From: Thermoplasmata archaeon
Lineage (GTDB): Archaea > Thermoplasmatota > Thermoplasmata > GCA-020350865
DNA length: 64,000 bases
NCBI GenBank assembly: GCA_020348445.1
Contig: CP070751.1
Span: 3,206,621 to 3,270,620 of the forward strand
Direction of reading: 5' to 3'
The number at the start of each line of letters is the position of its first letter. Position 1 is the first letter of the stretch. This document shows, one piece after another, positions 1 to 9,633 of the stretch. The notes under the pieces were generated by a model. That model did not search any database. It was not told where the DNA came from and saw nothing but the letters and a program-made list of their open reading frames with translations. The translations under genes were made by a program, and so were the position numbers.

Positions 1-2057
1 ACGATGGCAGAAATGCTGCCATCAACTGCAAGTATCATGGCCGTTTTTCCCTCGGATTCAAGTACCTTCATGGTTTCTTCTATTTCTTTGGTGTTTATTC
101 CATTGTTCTTCATCAGACGCCTGTTTCCAAGTAAGATGGTTTTTTCCTCGAAAACCACTTTGATTCCGTGTCCAGGAACAGCCTCAAAAAGTGATGGATC
201 GGGAATGTCCAGGCCTCTTTCTTTGGCACCCTTTACAATGGCCTCACCCAGTGGATGTTCAGAGCCTTTTTCAGCCAGTGCTGCGTATTTCAACGCGTCA
301 TTTTCCGTTAGTGAATCTGTCACAATCACATCTGTAAGCGCAGGTTCTCCTTTTGTTAAGGTTCCGGTTTTGTCAAATACCACAACCTGTAGATTTCTTG
401 CATCCTCAAGGTACTCTCCACCTCTAATCAATATCCCCCCCTCTGCGCCTTTACCCACACCAACCATCAATGCAGTGGGCGTGGCAATACCTAAGGCGCA
501 GGGGCATGAGATAATGAGGACCGCCACAAAGAACAGTACTGCGTTTGCCCATGTCCCCACAATGATCCAGGCAATGAATGTCAGAATACCCGCAAGTATT
601 ACAGCAGGTACGAAGTATGCCGCGACTTTATCAGCGTATCTTTGAATTGGTGCACTTGACACTTGGGCCTCTTCCACCATTTTAACTATCTGCATGAGCA
701 TTGTCTCTGAGCCGACTTTTGTTACCCTGAACTTGAATGATCCGAGCTTATTAATTGTGCCACCTATGACCTCATCACCTGATTTCTTCTCAACTGGTAT
801 GCTTTCACCTGTGAGCATCTTCTCGTCAACCGAGGATGTTCCATTAATAACCACACCATCTGTGGCTATGGCCTCTCCTGGTTTCACCAGGACTAAGTCT
901 CCTAGCTTTAGCTTTTCAACAGGAACTTCAACTTCTCTTCCGTTTTTAACCAATGTTGCCATCTTGGGCTTCAGATCAAGAAGGTTTTTTACTGCAGCGG
1001 AACTCTTTCTTCTAACGACGTCCTCCATATATTTTCCCAGAAGGATGAATGCAATGATCACAGCCGCTGTATCAAAATAAACCTCGCTTTCTGTACCGGG
1101 AAGGATGTCATAAGCAACAAATTGATCAATTACTATTATGGTACTATAAATATAAGCAGCCAGGGTTCCTATGCTGATTAGAAGATCCATGTTGGCCCTG
1201 CGATGTTTTATTGCTTTTGCGGCTCCAACATAGAAACTCTTTCCACCTATGAATATAATCGGTGTTGTGAGAATTAACATCCAGACTGCACCATTAAACC
1301 ACGGTAGAAAATCAAATGGTACCCATTCAATGATGGTAACACCTGCTGCAAGACCAATGAACAATCCCAGCCTGAATACACCCAGAAGGATAACTCCAGT
1401 TATTGCCACCGAAACACGTTTTTTCATATCCTGCAATTCTTTTTCAGGATCCTCGAAGGTCTTGGCACAGCTTTCCATACAGAAATAATAGGTCCTTCCT
1501 CCGATGACTCTTGTAATTGCTTTCCTTTTATCCACCTTCATTCCACAAACTGGGTCTATTGCCATGTACTTGGCTTCCACGTCCTCCTCCTTTGGCATGC
1601 CCTTCATAATAACCTTAGCCTTTTCTTCGATGGTTTTTAGCCCGGCTTCTTCAACCTGTTTTCTGAATGTATCTGCACAAGATTGCATGCAGAAATAGTA
1701 GGTCTTTCCCCCGATAACTTCCTTAATTGCAGTCTTTTTATCCACTGTCATGCCACAAACGGGATCTATTGCAGTATCAGTTTCAGATTCTGCTGTGGGG
1801 GGCATTTGACTCATGTCAGGGTGCATGTCATAGGCTTCGTACCCTGTTTTTTTCACAGTTTCCTTGATACTGTCCACATTAACTTTTTTAGGATCGTATT
1901 TAACAAGTGCAGTTTTATCAACTAAATTAACTCCTGCAAAATCCACACCATCCATTTTTTTAAGGTCTGTACCGATAGCTGAAGCACATGAGGTGCATGT
2001 CATACCCTTGATTCGAAGCTTGACTTCTTTTTGCTCCTCTTTTTTCTTATTTTCCAT
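1..2057 (-). CDS. copA: Copper-translocating P1B-type ATPase, 3' end runs off window; N-terminal HMA plus two YHS/TRASH domains
   Basis: Manual translation from ATG at 2057: MENKKKEEQKEVKLRIKGMTCTSC..., two DPVCGM..YYFC domains, LIISCPCALGIATP and FDKTGT motifs. Absent from the ORF track because there is no stop in the window. Confidence 0.95.
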   Translation of the reverse strand, partial: MENKKKEEQKEVKLRIKGMTCTSCASAIGTDLKKMDGVDFAGVNLVDKTALVKYDPKKVNVDSIKETVKKTGYEAYDMHPDMSQMPPTAESETDTAIDPVCGMTVDKKTAIKEVIGGKTYYFCMQSCADTFRKQVEEAGLKTIEEKAKVIMKGMPKEEDVEAKYMAIDPVCGMKVDKRKAITRVIGGRTYYFCMESCAKTFEDPEKELQDMKKRVSVAITGVILLGVFRLGLFIGLAAGVTIIEWVPFDFLPWFNGAVWMLILTTPIIFIGGKSFYVGAAKAIKHRRANMDLLISIGTLAAYIYSTIIVIDQFVAYDILPGTESEVYFDTAAVIIAFILLGKYMEDVVRRKSSAAVKNLLDLKPKMATLVKNGREVEVPVEKLKLGDLVLVKPGEAIATDGVVINGTSSVDEKMLTGESIPVEKKSGDEVIGGTINKLGSFKFRVTKVGSETMLMQIVKMVEEAQVSSAPIQRYADKVAAYFVPAVILAGILTFIAWIIVGTWANAVLFFVAVLIISCPCALGIATPTALMVGVGKGAEGGILIRGGEYLEDARNLQVVVFDKTGTLTKGEPALTDVIVTDSLTENDALKYAALAEKGSEHPLGEAIVKGAKERGLDIPDPSLFEAVPGHGIKVVFEEKTILLGNRRLMKNNGINTKEIEETMKVLESEGKTAMILAVDGSISAI

Positions 2058-2095
2058 TCCTAATAATCCTCCTCTATCCGCTCCAATTAAACTCC

Positions 2096-2566
2096 CTAAC
2101 TTCTTATATCTTTTTTCATTCTTTGGTAATCTTCCCTTGTTATCTCGCCCCTTGCGTACCTCTCATCTATAATGGCATTTGCACTTTTTTGAAGGGGTCT
2201 ATCAACTACCTTGTCTTTTCGGATTATCAGGTATATAACCAAAAATAGTATTCCTATCCAGGGCAGTATGACAAGTATAAACCATAAAAGGCCGCTCATT
2301 CCCCTTTCTTCTGCATCCTTATAGACCAGGAAGGCAATGACAAGAAATACGAGCCATAGTCCAATCATCCAAAAGCCCATAAAGGGCATTCCCCACCAAT
2401 CCATATCCATCATATGGCCATCTTCCATGTGATCATCGTCTCCATCGGCTATTGCTGTCCCAGTAAATAGAAGAATAATACCGAGGATTACAAATGAAAA
2501 TAGTAATATTGTTCTTACCCCAGTATATTTCTTTCTTCTTCTCATATTTTTCTCATATTCAAACAT
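2096..2566 (-). CDS. Membrane protein with His/Met-rich loop and C-terminal SHOCT domain
   Basis: TM segments, DDDHMEDGHMMDM stretch, C-terminal IIDERYARGEITREDYQRMK SHOCT signature; directly upstream of copA. Confidence 0.8.
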   Translation of the reverse strand: MFEYEKNMRRRKKYTGVRTILLFSFVILGIILLFTGTAIADGDDDHMEDGHMMDMDWWGMPFMGFWMIGLWLVFLVIAFLVYKDAEERGMSGLLWFILVILPWIGILFLVIYLIIRKDKVVDRPLQKSANAIIDERYARGEITREDYQRMKKDIRS

Positions 2567-2694
2567 TTTATCTCCTCTATTTGTAATTCTCCATTGATTT
2601 ATTTATATTTATTAAGTTTTCAAATTTATGTGAAGAGCATATACAAATTTCTTATAAATTCCTGGTATGATTGTTCTTCCAGGAGGTCATATGC

Positions 2695-2826
2695 TTAATG
2701 TCCTTCATAACCTCCACAATAGTTATGTTCATTTGATTTGACCAAAATTTTCTTTTTTTTCTCGATTTCGTCCATATCGTCAATTTCTTCTTTTTTTCGG
2801 TTGTGTGAACCGCTACAGCAGTGCAT
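2695..2826 (-). CDS. Small 43-aa Cys/His-containing peptide (putative metal-binding)
   Basis: MHCCSGSHNRKKEEIDDMDEIEKKKKILVKSNEHNYCGGYEGH*, preceded by GAGGTG RBS; same strand as the SHOCT gene and copA. Confidence 0.5.
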   Translation of the reverse strand: MHCCSGSHNRKKEEIDDMDEIEKKKKILVKSNEHNYCGGYEGH

Positions 2827-2953
2827 TTTTCTTCACCTCACAATATACATAAACCTCCCTCCCTTTTGGATTGTCGATATGTAAAATATAAAAAATAGGA
2901 GATTGAAATTGACAAACGTAAAGTTTAATTAGAGAATATTTTATGTATGTCTT

Positions 2954-3553
2954 ATGAAACTCGAAAAAGTTGATGTAGAAATCCTTAAAATCCTTGAAAA
3001 GGACGGCAGGGCCTCTTTTAGAGATATTGCCAAGAAGGTTGGTGTCACAACTCCCACGGTGAGCAACAAGGTCAGCATGTACGAGCAGATGGGAATAATA
3101 AAAGGTTTCAGTGTAAATGTTGACACAGAAGCCTTAGGTGAAATAAGTATTCTTTTATCTGTAAAATGCAAACCCTCGGATGTCCCCAAAACAGCCGAGA
3201 AATTAAAAGAAGCAGAAGAAGTACGAGAGGTGTACATAGTTGGGGGTTCCTGGATTTGGGCTAAGGTCACATTAATTGATAACACCCATTTGAACCAGTT
3301 CATCTCGGAACTCACGAAAATGGAGAAAATCCTCGATTACGAATACAAGACCATTGTTAGCACCATAAAAGAGGAGTCCAGAGCGGTTTTGTCTGAGGGT
3401 GTTAACGCCGTTTTGAGCTGTTTCTACTGCCGAAAACCCATGCACGACAAGCCCGTGAAACTGAAAATGGATGGGAAGGACCATTTTGTTTGCTGCAATA
3501 CCTGCGCCAAGGAGTACAAGATTAAATACGAGAAATTGAAAGAGGGCATCTGA
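2954..3553 (+). CDS. Lrp/AsnC-type regulator with C-terminal TRASH domain (CopR/CopT-like copper regulator)
   Basis: N-terminal HTH (ILEKDGRASFRDIAKKVGVTTPTV), C-terminal CFYCRK...FVCCNTC; divergent from the copA cluster. Confidence 0.85.
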   Translation: MKLEKVDVEILKILEKDGRASFRDIAKKVGVTTPTVSNKVSMYEQMGIIKGFSVNVDTEALGEISILLSVKCKPSDVPKTAEKLKEAEEVREVYIVGGSWIWAKVTLIDNTHLNQFISELTKMEKILDYEYKTIVSTIKEESRAVLSEGVNAVLSCFYCRKPMHDKPVKLKMDGKDHFVCCNTCAKEYKIKYEKLKEGI

Positions 3554-3589
3554 GGATGTGGCCTTATTGTAAAAACCGAGGGCTAATTC

Positions 3590-4474
3590 ATGTTCCCTGA
3601 TCACTGCAAGGAAGTGAGTCTAAAAAGGGTTTTGTTCCCCCTTACAAAGGACAAAATAGAAGAGAACTTGATAAACAAATCCGCCTACAAGAAAACGAAG
3701 TTCATGGTTCTCAATAACGGTAATGACTGGGCTGTGGTGAGCATACAAAAACCGGAAGGCAAAACCCTATTTTCGAAGATAGAGAACATCGAAATAATTT
3801 CACTTCCCGATTCAACTAAGTACGTTGAGGATCCCAAAATCGATGTCCTTTCACCCACGAAAATGTTGGAAAAAGCAGAAGAAATGGGCACCAAGACCCT
3901 TGTTATAAAGGGTAAATTCGAGCATATTTCATTTATTCATGAAGAGAAGATGCAGCCTGTGAGGGTATTGGAAGTTGTGCCCCCAGAGCCTCCTAAACTA
4001 GTAGAATTGGTGAAAAAGGTCCTCTATTCTGGGAACGTTAATAAACCTGTGAAAATTGTGCCAGATATCCTTGATCTCAGCGAAATTGCCCAAAAAAGTG
4101 GGAAAAAAAAGATAATTTTCCCATGTCATTCCTCAGGACTTAAAGGTGATGGCGATTCCTTATACCTTGATCAGAGTCCTGAAATTCATGAAGATTCTGA
4201 TGAACTGGTTCTTATAGGTTGTGATCTTTCCCTAAAGATCTTCAAGACTTTATATAAGAAAGAGCCAGAATTTTACAATTTCTGCCCCAAAAAAAAGATT
4301 TTAGAGCAATCACAGAATATCCCCACTATCACAAAATGCTGCGAGCAAAAAGAGGGACATGAGCGTGTTGAAAATGTGGCAATCGTTCCTTGGGGGGCCA
4401 CTGCAAAAGAGGTGGAGGAGGCGCTATTAGACATTTTGGGGGATGTAGATGCTCCGAGACCTTCACCACAATAA
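3590..4474 (+). CDS. Conserved hypothetical protein with several Cys motifs
   Basis: 294-aa ORF with host-like codon use; FPCH, LIGCD, NFCP, KCCE motifs. Confidence 0.7.
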   Translation: MFPDHCKEVSLKRVLFPLTKDKIEENLINKSAYKKTKFMVLNNGNDWAVVSIQKPEGKTLFSKIENIEIISLPDSTKYVEDPKIDVLSPTKMLEKAEEMGTKTLVIKGKFEHISFIHEEKMQPVRVLEVVPPEPPKLVELVKKVLYSGNVNKPVKIVPDILDLSEIAQKSGKKKIIFPCHSSGLKGDGDSLYLDQSPEIHEDSDELVLIGCDLSLKIFKTLYKKEPEFYNFCPKKKILEQSQNIPTITKCCEQKEGHERVENVAIVPWGATAKEVEEALLDILGDVDAPRPSPQ

Positions 4475-4617
4475 AATCCTTAATATTTACCCTTTATCTG
4501 CAAGCAAAAACCTTTTAATATGGCATTGTACATATGCTTTCCACACCAAAAAATCACCAAATTTAAGTTAAATAAAATCCAAAAAAACCTCGAATTTCCT
4601 GATTTGGAGGAGATAAT

Positions 4618-5139
4618 ATGGCGAATGAGGCTGTCGACTACAAAAGGGAATATGAAAAGGAGCAGGAGCGCCTGACCAAACTATGGGACGCCTACGAAAT
4701 CCAAGAAAAAGATTTTGAACAGGCCAAGGAGAAGATAAAAGTTCTCGAGGATGTAGTTGAGGAGAAGGAGCGAATAATAATCAGTTTGAGACAGGTTGCT
4801 GAGAACAGGGATTCGGAAATAAGAGATCTGGAAATCAGGCTCTCTTCATTGGAAAGGGAAAATGCGGATTTCGAGCCAAAAATGAAGGAACTGGAAAAGG
4901 AATTGAAAAAACAGCGGGATCAATTTGCTAAACTATACTCATTGGCCGAGGAATTGGATGAGGAACTGAGATATGCGAGAAAGGAAATCGAAATCAGGGA
5001 CGATTGGTTCAGGGATCATATAAACGTATTCAAAAGCATGTGCAACGCCATCTCATCCAGAGAGGAAATCGTGCGAGAAACAGCATTGAAAAAGTCAATT
5101 ACATCTCCAAAGGGTGAATTTTCAGATTTAGAGATGTAA
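4618..5139 (+). CDS. Coiled-coil protein
   Basis: Heptad-rich E/K/L sequence; GGAG RBS upstream. Confidence 0.75.
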   Translation: MANEAVDYKREYEKEQERLTKLWDAYEIQEKDFEQAKEKIKVLEDVVEEKERIIISLRQVAENRDSEIRDLEIRLSSLERENADFEPKMKELEKELKKQRDQFAKLYSLAEELDEELRYARKEIEIRDDWFRDHINVFKSMCNAISSREEIVRETALKKSITSPKGEFSDLEM

Positions 5140-5268
5140 ATCTTTCATATTATTTTACCCATCTTTGGGAATATATAATTGAAAAAAATACCTCTTTTAG
5201 TGCAGACTCTTAATCACATTGTAATGAAGAGAAAAAGCTCTTTTTTCCCAACCAAAGGGCCCGAACTA

Positions 5269-5448
5269 TTACTCTGGCATGGAGATTGCGCTATTTGGGC
5301 ACTCGTCAACGCATGCCTCACAGTCCACGCATTCCTCTGGATCCACCTTGGCCTTCTCGTCATCACCGATTGCTATGGCCTCTGCAGGACATGACTCGAC
5401 ACACGTTGCGCAACCGTCACATTTCTCCTTGTCTATTAATACAACCAT
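5269..5448 (-). CDS. 2[4Fe-4S] ferredoxin (59 aa, below ORF-track cutoff)
   Basis: MVVLIDKEKCDGCATCVESCPAEAIAIGDDEKAKVDPEECVDCEACVDECPNSAISMPE*; two CxxCxxCxxxCP motifs; GGAG RBS. Confidence 0.95.
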   Translation of the reverse strand: MVVLIDKEKCDGCATCVESCPAEAIAIGDDEKAKVDPEECVDCEACVDECPNSAISMPE

Positions 5449-5579
5449 TTAAGCAACTCCTTTTAAGCGTTGGGGGGATGGATAATATCATTTATAATGA
5501 TTTCTCTGTGCTTTGGGTAGGTTACATATTCGCAAACTATCGCAACTCTTATCCCTCACAACAATATATCTTGGATAAT

Positions 5580-6533
5580 ATGTATAAGATTCCTTCTATC
5601 CTCACTGCTGACGAGATCATAGACAAGGCATTTAAAAAGGCGAAAAAGGTTCAGGTTGTTGTTAAGGGCAAATCCAAAAAAGACAACAAAATTGCTATAG
5701 CCAAGGTGAAAGCCGTGAAAAACACCATTTCCTCCTCCCTTAACAGGTATGTAAAATCCTTTCCAAGCTTTGATACTATACCTCCTTTTTATTACGAACT
5801 CTTTGATGCCTCAATCGGTGTTGATGCACTTAGAAAATCCCTCGGGGCTTTGGACTGGTGCAGAAAAACCATCGAGAATATCGCAGATGAGACCGTAGCT
5901 AAAATAAGGCGCTCTGATAACAGGGAATATATTAAAGCACAGAGGACCTGTTTCTTTGGCAGGTCTTCATCGGTGATAAAGCAGATATCAAAAGACCTGG
6001 ATTTTCTGAATAGAGCAAGACGCAAGTTACTTTCTGTACCCGAAATATATCCAGAAAAACCCACCATTGTCATTGCAGGTGCACCCAATGTGGGTAAATC
6101 ACTGCTTGTTACGCAGATATCATCTGCCAAACCCAAGATCGCATCCTATCCTTTTACCACAAAGGGCATCTCGGTGGGGCACTTTGAATCAGAGGGAATA
6201 ATCTACCAAGTCATAGACACCCCAGGTCTTCTGGATAGGGAGATGGAGAAAAGAAATGAAATGGAACAAAAAGCAATTTTGGCCTTAAGACATTTGGCCA
6301 ATATCATCGTTTTCGTAATAGACCCTTCAGAATATTGCGGCTATACTATGGATTCCCAACTTAGGATACTATCAGATATCAAAACGCGTTTTAGGGAAAT
6401 TTCTGTAATCGAGGTGGAAAACAAGGTCGACATCGTCAAATTGGATACCTCCCGTTTCAAAATCTCGGCTCTAAGGGGGGATGGTGTTATGGAATTGAAA
6501 GATATAGTCGTTTCGAATTTGAAGGGAATGTGA
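5580..6533 (+). CDS. NOG1-family ribosome biogenesis GTPase
   Basis: MYKIPSILTADEIIDKAF N-terminus, GAPNVGKS, YPFTT, DTPG, NKVD motifs; start revised from 5286 to ATG 5580. Confidence 0.93.
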   Translation: MYKIPSILTADEIIDKAFKKAKKVQVVVKGKSKKDNKIAIAKVKAVKNTISSSLNRYVKSFPSFDTIPPFYYELFDASIGVDALRKSLGALDWCRKTIENIADETVAKIRRSDNREYIKAQRTCFFGRSSSVIKQISKDLDFLNRARRKLLSVPEIYPEKPTIVIAGAPNVGKSLLVTQISSAKPKIASYPFTTKGISVGHFESEGIIYQVIDTPGLLDREMEKRNEMEQKAILALRHLANIIVFVIDPSEYCGYTMDSQLRILSDIKTRFREISVIEVENKVDIVKLDTSRFKISALRGDGVMELKDIVVSNLKGM

Positions 6534-6564
6534 AATTGGAGTATCAAACATGGGTATTTTCGTG

Positions 6565-6576
6565 GAAAAATTTAAA
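6565..6576 (+). promoter_or_regulatory. BRE/TATA promoter, probably leaderless transcript of the ligase gene
   Basis: GAAAAA-TTTAAA about 27 nt before ATG 6603; no RBS. Confidence 0.5.
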
Positions 6577-6602
6577 TTGAACTCTTTCTCTCTACTCTTT
6601 TA

Positions 6603-8111
6603 ATGCCGGGCCGAGATTACTGGTTTGACGAAGTAGGCGCTAGAGATAAGTATGCTGTTTCTGGTGACTGCCAGGAACTTGAATTCACCCACGGCATCGA
6701 GGTAGAGTACATCCTTGTTGATAAGAACGGTAAGAAACTCTCACATGCTGAATTTGGGGAGATTTACAACTTTATTCTTACAGAATGGCTTAGAGATGCC
6801 TTGGAACACAACATTCCGAGATTCTATGATGTAAAGACCTCTTCTTTGGAGATTGCACCTTCGAGAAACTCCACTTACGATGCCCTTTATGTTACCTATA
6901 AGGCAAGAGGTAAAAATGTCAGGGTTGAGCTAATATCTGTTGATAGAAATGTTGTGGAATGGCCCCTTGTGGAGATTGCCACTCCCCCATGTGAATCCTA
7001 TTACGAACTGGGATGGTGGTCATCAACACTGTTAACCCTAATCAACTTTCGTCTCAATCAGGAAGGATACAAGAACCATATAATGCCATTTGGAGTCAAT
7101 CCTTATGAAGAACTGGAGACCATCACACAGACCGATTCGTTTCCCACATGCGGAGAGCATCACCATATAAAGTTGATTGATCCACAGACCATGGGTCTTG
7201 ATGAAAGAGCATTCTTTACAAATTTTTACCATCTTGTAAGGTTCTTCACAGCGTATTTAATACTGCTTTCGGCCTGCTCGCCCTTTGCCTCTAGGGGATT
7301 ATGGGGACGGTTTCGTGCTGATGACCCAGAGATGCCTTTTCCTAGATGTGTGAGAAGTATTAGGGTCCTGTATAACAAGAAGCACCTTTGTAACTTCCAG
7401 GAGGGCGAATACATGCCCTACCTCGAAAAGGGATGGCTGGATAAGAAATACTTTGTGGAAGAGTTCAAAGCACAATCCAATTCCTACCGAACAGACACCC
7501 ATTTCCTTGATGTTGATCCCATATCAAAGGCAAACCACACCACAGAAATAAGGTTCTTTGATTCGCAACCCAGTGTGGCAAGAAGAGTGGGCCTTGCCGT
7601 TCTCATACAGATGCTGGCCAGAAAGGCAAAGAAGCTAGTTGTCGAGGATGAGGACAATCTTCTCGAGGTTTTAAAGGAGCCAAATGAAACTCTGCACGCC
7701 CTGAAGAAAACGGCCTGTGAGGGAGGAAATTGGTTTAGACCTTCAAAGGATCCCATCTTCGGGGAACTCTCCGATAAACTCAAGCTTAAAAAATCGAGAA
7801 TCGAAAAGAACATTCTTTCTGATCTGGCTTTGGGCATGATGTACATCATCAGAACAGAAATAAAAGAAAGCAATGTCATCTATTCCCATTTCTTGGATCC
7901 CATCCGTCATTCCATCTACGGAATGGATGGAAACGGCATCTCCCCTGCCCAATACTGGCTTTTTACCTATATCAACTTGGAACAGAACATAAATCCAGTT
8001 GTTGAAAAGATTCTCGATGCTTCTAAACGAGGAATGAATATGTGGTATGATCCAATTGTAAACGAACCGATATTCATGAACAACGGATTCAAAACTCGAG
8101 GTGATCGGTGA
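6603..8111 (+). CDS. Glutamate-cysteine ligase family 2 (YbdK/GCS2-like carboxylate-amine ligase)
   Basis: GIEVEYILVD, LVEIATPP, CGEHHHI, LLSACSPF, TTEIRFFD motifs match the GCS2 fold. Confidence 0.8.
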   Translation: MPGRDYWFDEVGARDKYAVSGDCQELEFTHGIEVEYILVDKNGKKLSHAEFGEIYNFILTEWLRDALEHNIPRFYDVKTSSLEIAPSRNSTYDALYVTYKARGKNVRVELISVDRNVVEWPLVEIATPPCESYYELGWWSSTLLTLINFRLNQEGYKNHIMPFGVNPYEELETITQTDSFPTCGEHHHIKLIDPQTMGLDERAFFTNFYHLVRFFTAYLILLSACSPFASRGLWGRFRADDPEMPFPRCVRSIRVLYNKKHLCNFQEGEYMPYLEKGWLDKKYFVEEFKAQSNSYRTDTHFLDVDPISKANHTTEIRFFDSQPSVARRVGLAVLIQMLARKAKKLVVEDEDNLLEVLKEPNETLHALKKTACEGGNWFRPSKDPIFGELSDKLKLKKSRIEKNILSDLALGMMYIIRTEIKESNVIYSHFLDPIRHSIYGMDGNGISPAQYWLFTYINLEQNINPVVEKILDASKRGMNMWYDPIVNEPIFMNNGFKTRGDR

Positions 8112-8115
8112 TTCA

Positions 8116-9567
8116 ATGCTTATCCTAAAGGACGAGTACGATGTGATCCACAATTTCGTGCTACTGGATGCACATACGCACCTTAGAGTTAACAAGTTAG
8201 AGGGACTTGTACCGTCCGAGTTCGTCAGAAGGTATTCCAAAGTCGTAAAGGACGTTGTCCGCGATATCAAAAAGAGTCCAAAGGAGTATCGATATCATTT
8301 CCCATGGAAATTGAAGAATATATCCACAGATTATTACCAATTCTGTCAGAGGGACATATATACAGTTTTTCACCCCGGGGAGGAACTGAGCAAAGCACCT
8401 GAAAAATACTCTTGCTTTGACTTCATAATCAGTTTCTCAGCAAATCTAACCTCACCTCTTCCCCGAGATTACAGAAACGCAAATTCCAGGGTAAGGGAGA
8501 CCCTGATAGAAAAATCTCCTGATGATAATTCTCCTCATAATAACTTCCGTTTCATAGGTTTTGGAAGACTGGATCCCAATCACAGTGATTCACTGGATAC
8601 CTTCGACAACGTGTGTCAGTTGGGATTAAGAGGCTTAAAACTTCATCCAAAGGAGGAACAATTCGAGATAAATGATGCGAAAACAAAATATATTCTTAAA
8701 AGAGCGGCAAATAATAATATGCCTATTATTTTCCACACACAAGATGGAATGGCCAGTAATATCGAGGAAGTGGTGAATGAAACAATTTCCGATTTCATCG
8801 ATGCAGATAAAACCGACTTGATACCAAGGCTGAAAGTAATATTAGGCCATGCCCCTTGGAATGGTGTTGGGAATAAAAAGTTATACAGGGCCCTTTCCCA
8901 TCCAAATATATTTGGCGAGCTATCAACCCTGAAACCTGATAGCTATGAGGATTTCTTCTCTTCTGCAAAAAAAGATGTTAAATATGAGCGCATATTCGAT
9001 GTGAAACAGCTGTCAGAGCTGGATAAAAAAACAGTAGAAAGGTTGTATTTTAATGCATTCGGTTACAACAAATTGAATTACTGGTCCAGCAAACTTATGT
9101 TCGGATCAGATACACCTTACCCGCCCTCCCATGGAGCCACCCCTTTAATCAAACACATGCTTAGCAAAAGATTTGTCGGCAATGCCTCAGATATTCAGAA
9201 TATACTGGCTGTTAGTGCTTTAAGGTTGATTCCCCCAATAGCCAGAGCCAATCCCCAAATAACCAGGGAAAAGGCCACAACAAGCGGACAATATCATCCT
9301 ATGCAGCTGGAGATTCAAAAAAAGGATTCCAAAATCCTGGGTATGGATCCCATTCTTGAGGTGTTTCCGAAAGTGAGAATAAGCGGTGCTGTCTTCAGCT
9401 TTCTAAAGAATGGAGATGTTGGAAGCTATTTGTACAAATCACTCTTCAGCCCAAAGAAGCCATTGAATACGGTGATCCCAAATCCGATAAACCTGCCGTA
9501 TTCATCCATGACCACCAGTAGAGTAAACATGACAAGGAACATCGAGATGAGCCTTGGAGAAGAGTAG
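8116..9567 (+). CDS. Amidohydrolase family 2 metal-dependent hydrolase
   Basis: DAHTH, GLKLHP, IIFHT, VILGHA, LMFGSDTPYP motifs; GGTGA RBS overlaps the upstream stop codon. Confidence 0.85.
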   Translation: MLILKDEYDVIHNFVLLDAHTHLRVNKLEGLVPSEFVRRYSKVVKDVVRDIKKSPKEYRYHFPWKLKNISTDYYQFCQRDIYTVFHPGEELSKAPEKYSCFDFIISFSANLTSPLPRDYRNANSRVRETLIEKSPDDNSPHNNFRFIGFGRLDPNHSDSLDTFDNVCQLGLRGLKLHPKEEQFEINDAKTKYILKRAANNNMPIIFHTQDGMASNIEEVVNETISDFIDADKTDLIPRLKVILGHAPWNGVGNKKLYRALSHPNIFGELSTLKPDSYEDFFSSAKKDVKYERIFDVKQLSELDKKTVERLYFNAFGYNKLNYWSSKLMFGSDTPYPPSHGATPLIKHMLSKRFVGNASDIQNILAVSALRLIPPIARANPQITREKATTSGQYHPMQLEIQKKDSKILGMDPILEVFPKVRISGAVFSFLKNGDVGSYLYKSLFSPKKPLNTVIPNPINLPYSSMTTSRVNMTRNIEMSLGEE

Positions 9568-9594
9568 ACTCAATCGCTTTTTTCATATTGGTTT

Positions 9595-9609
9595 CGAAAG
9601 TATTATAAA
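9595..9609 (+). promoter_or_regulatory. BRE/TATA promoter of the vWA gene
   Basis: CGAAAG-TA-TTATAAA about 24 nt before ATG 9634. Confidence 0.5.
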
Positions 9610-9633
9610 CAAATTTAGACTTTCTTGTTTTCG

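Noticed and set aside
4-1925. Plus-strand ORFs 4-645, 694-1080 and others, plus many short antisense ORFs across the window
   Set aside because: These are shadow ORFs opposite well-supported genes such as copA, the r-proteins, nrdJ and the surface proteins.
5286-5579. N-terminal extension of the NOG1 ORF
   Set aside because: It overlaps the antisense ferredoxin gene, and family-typical sequence starts at ATG 5580.
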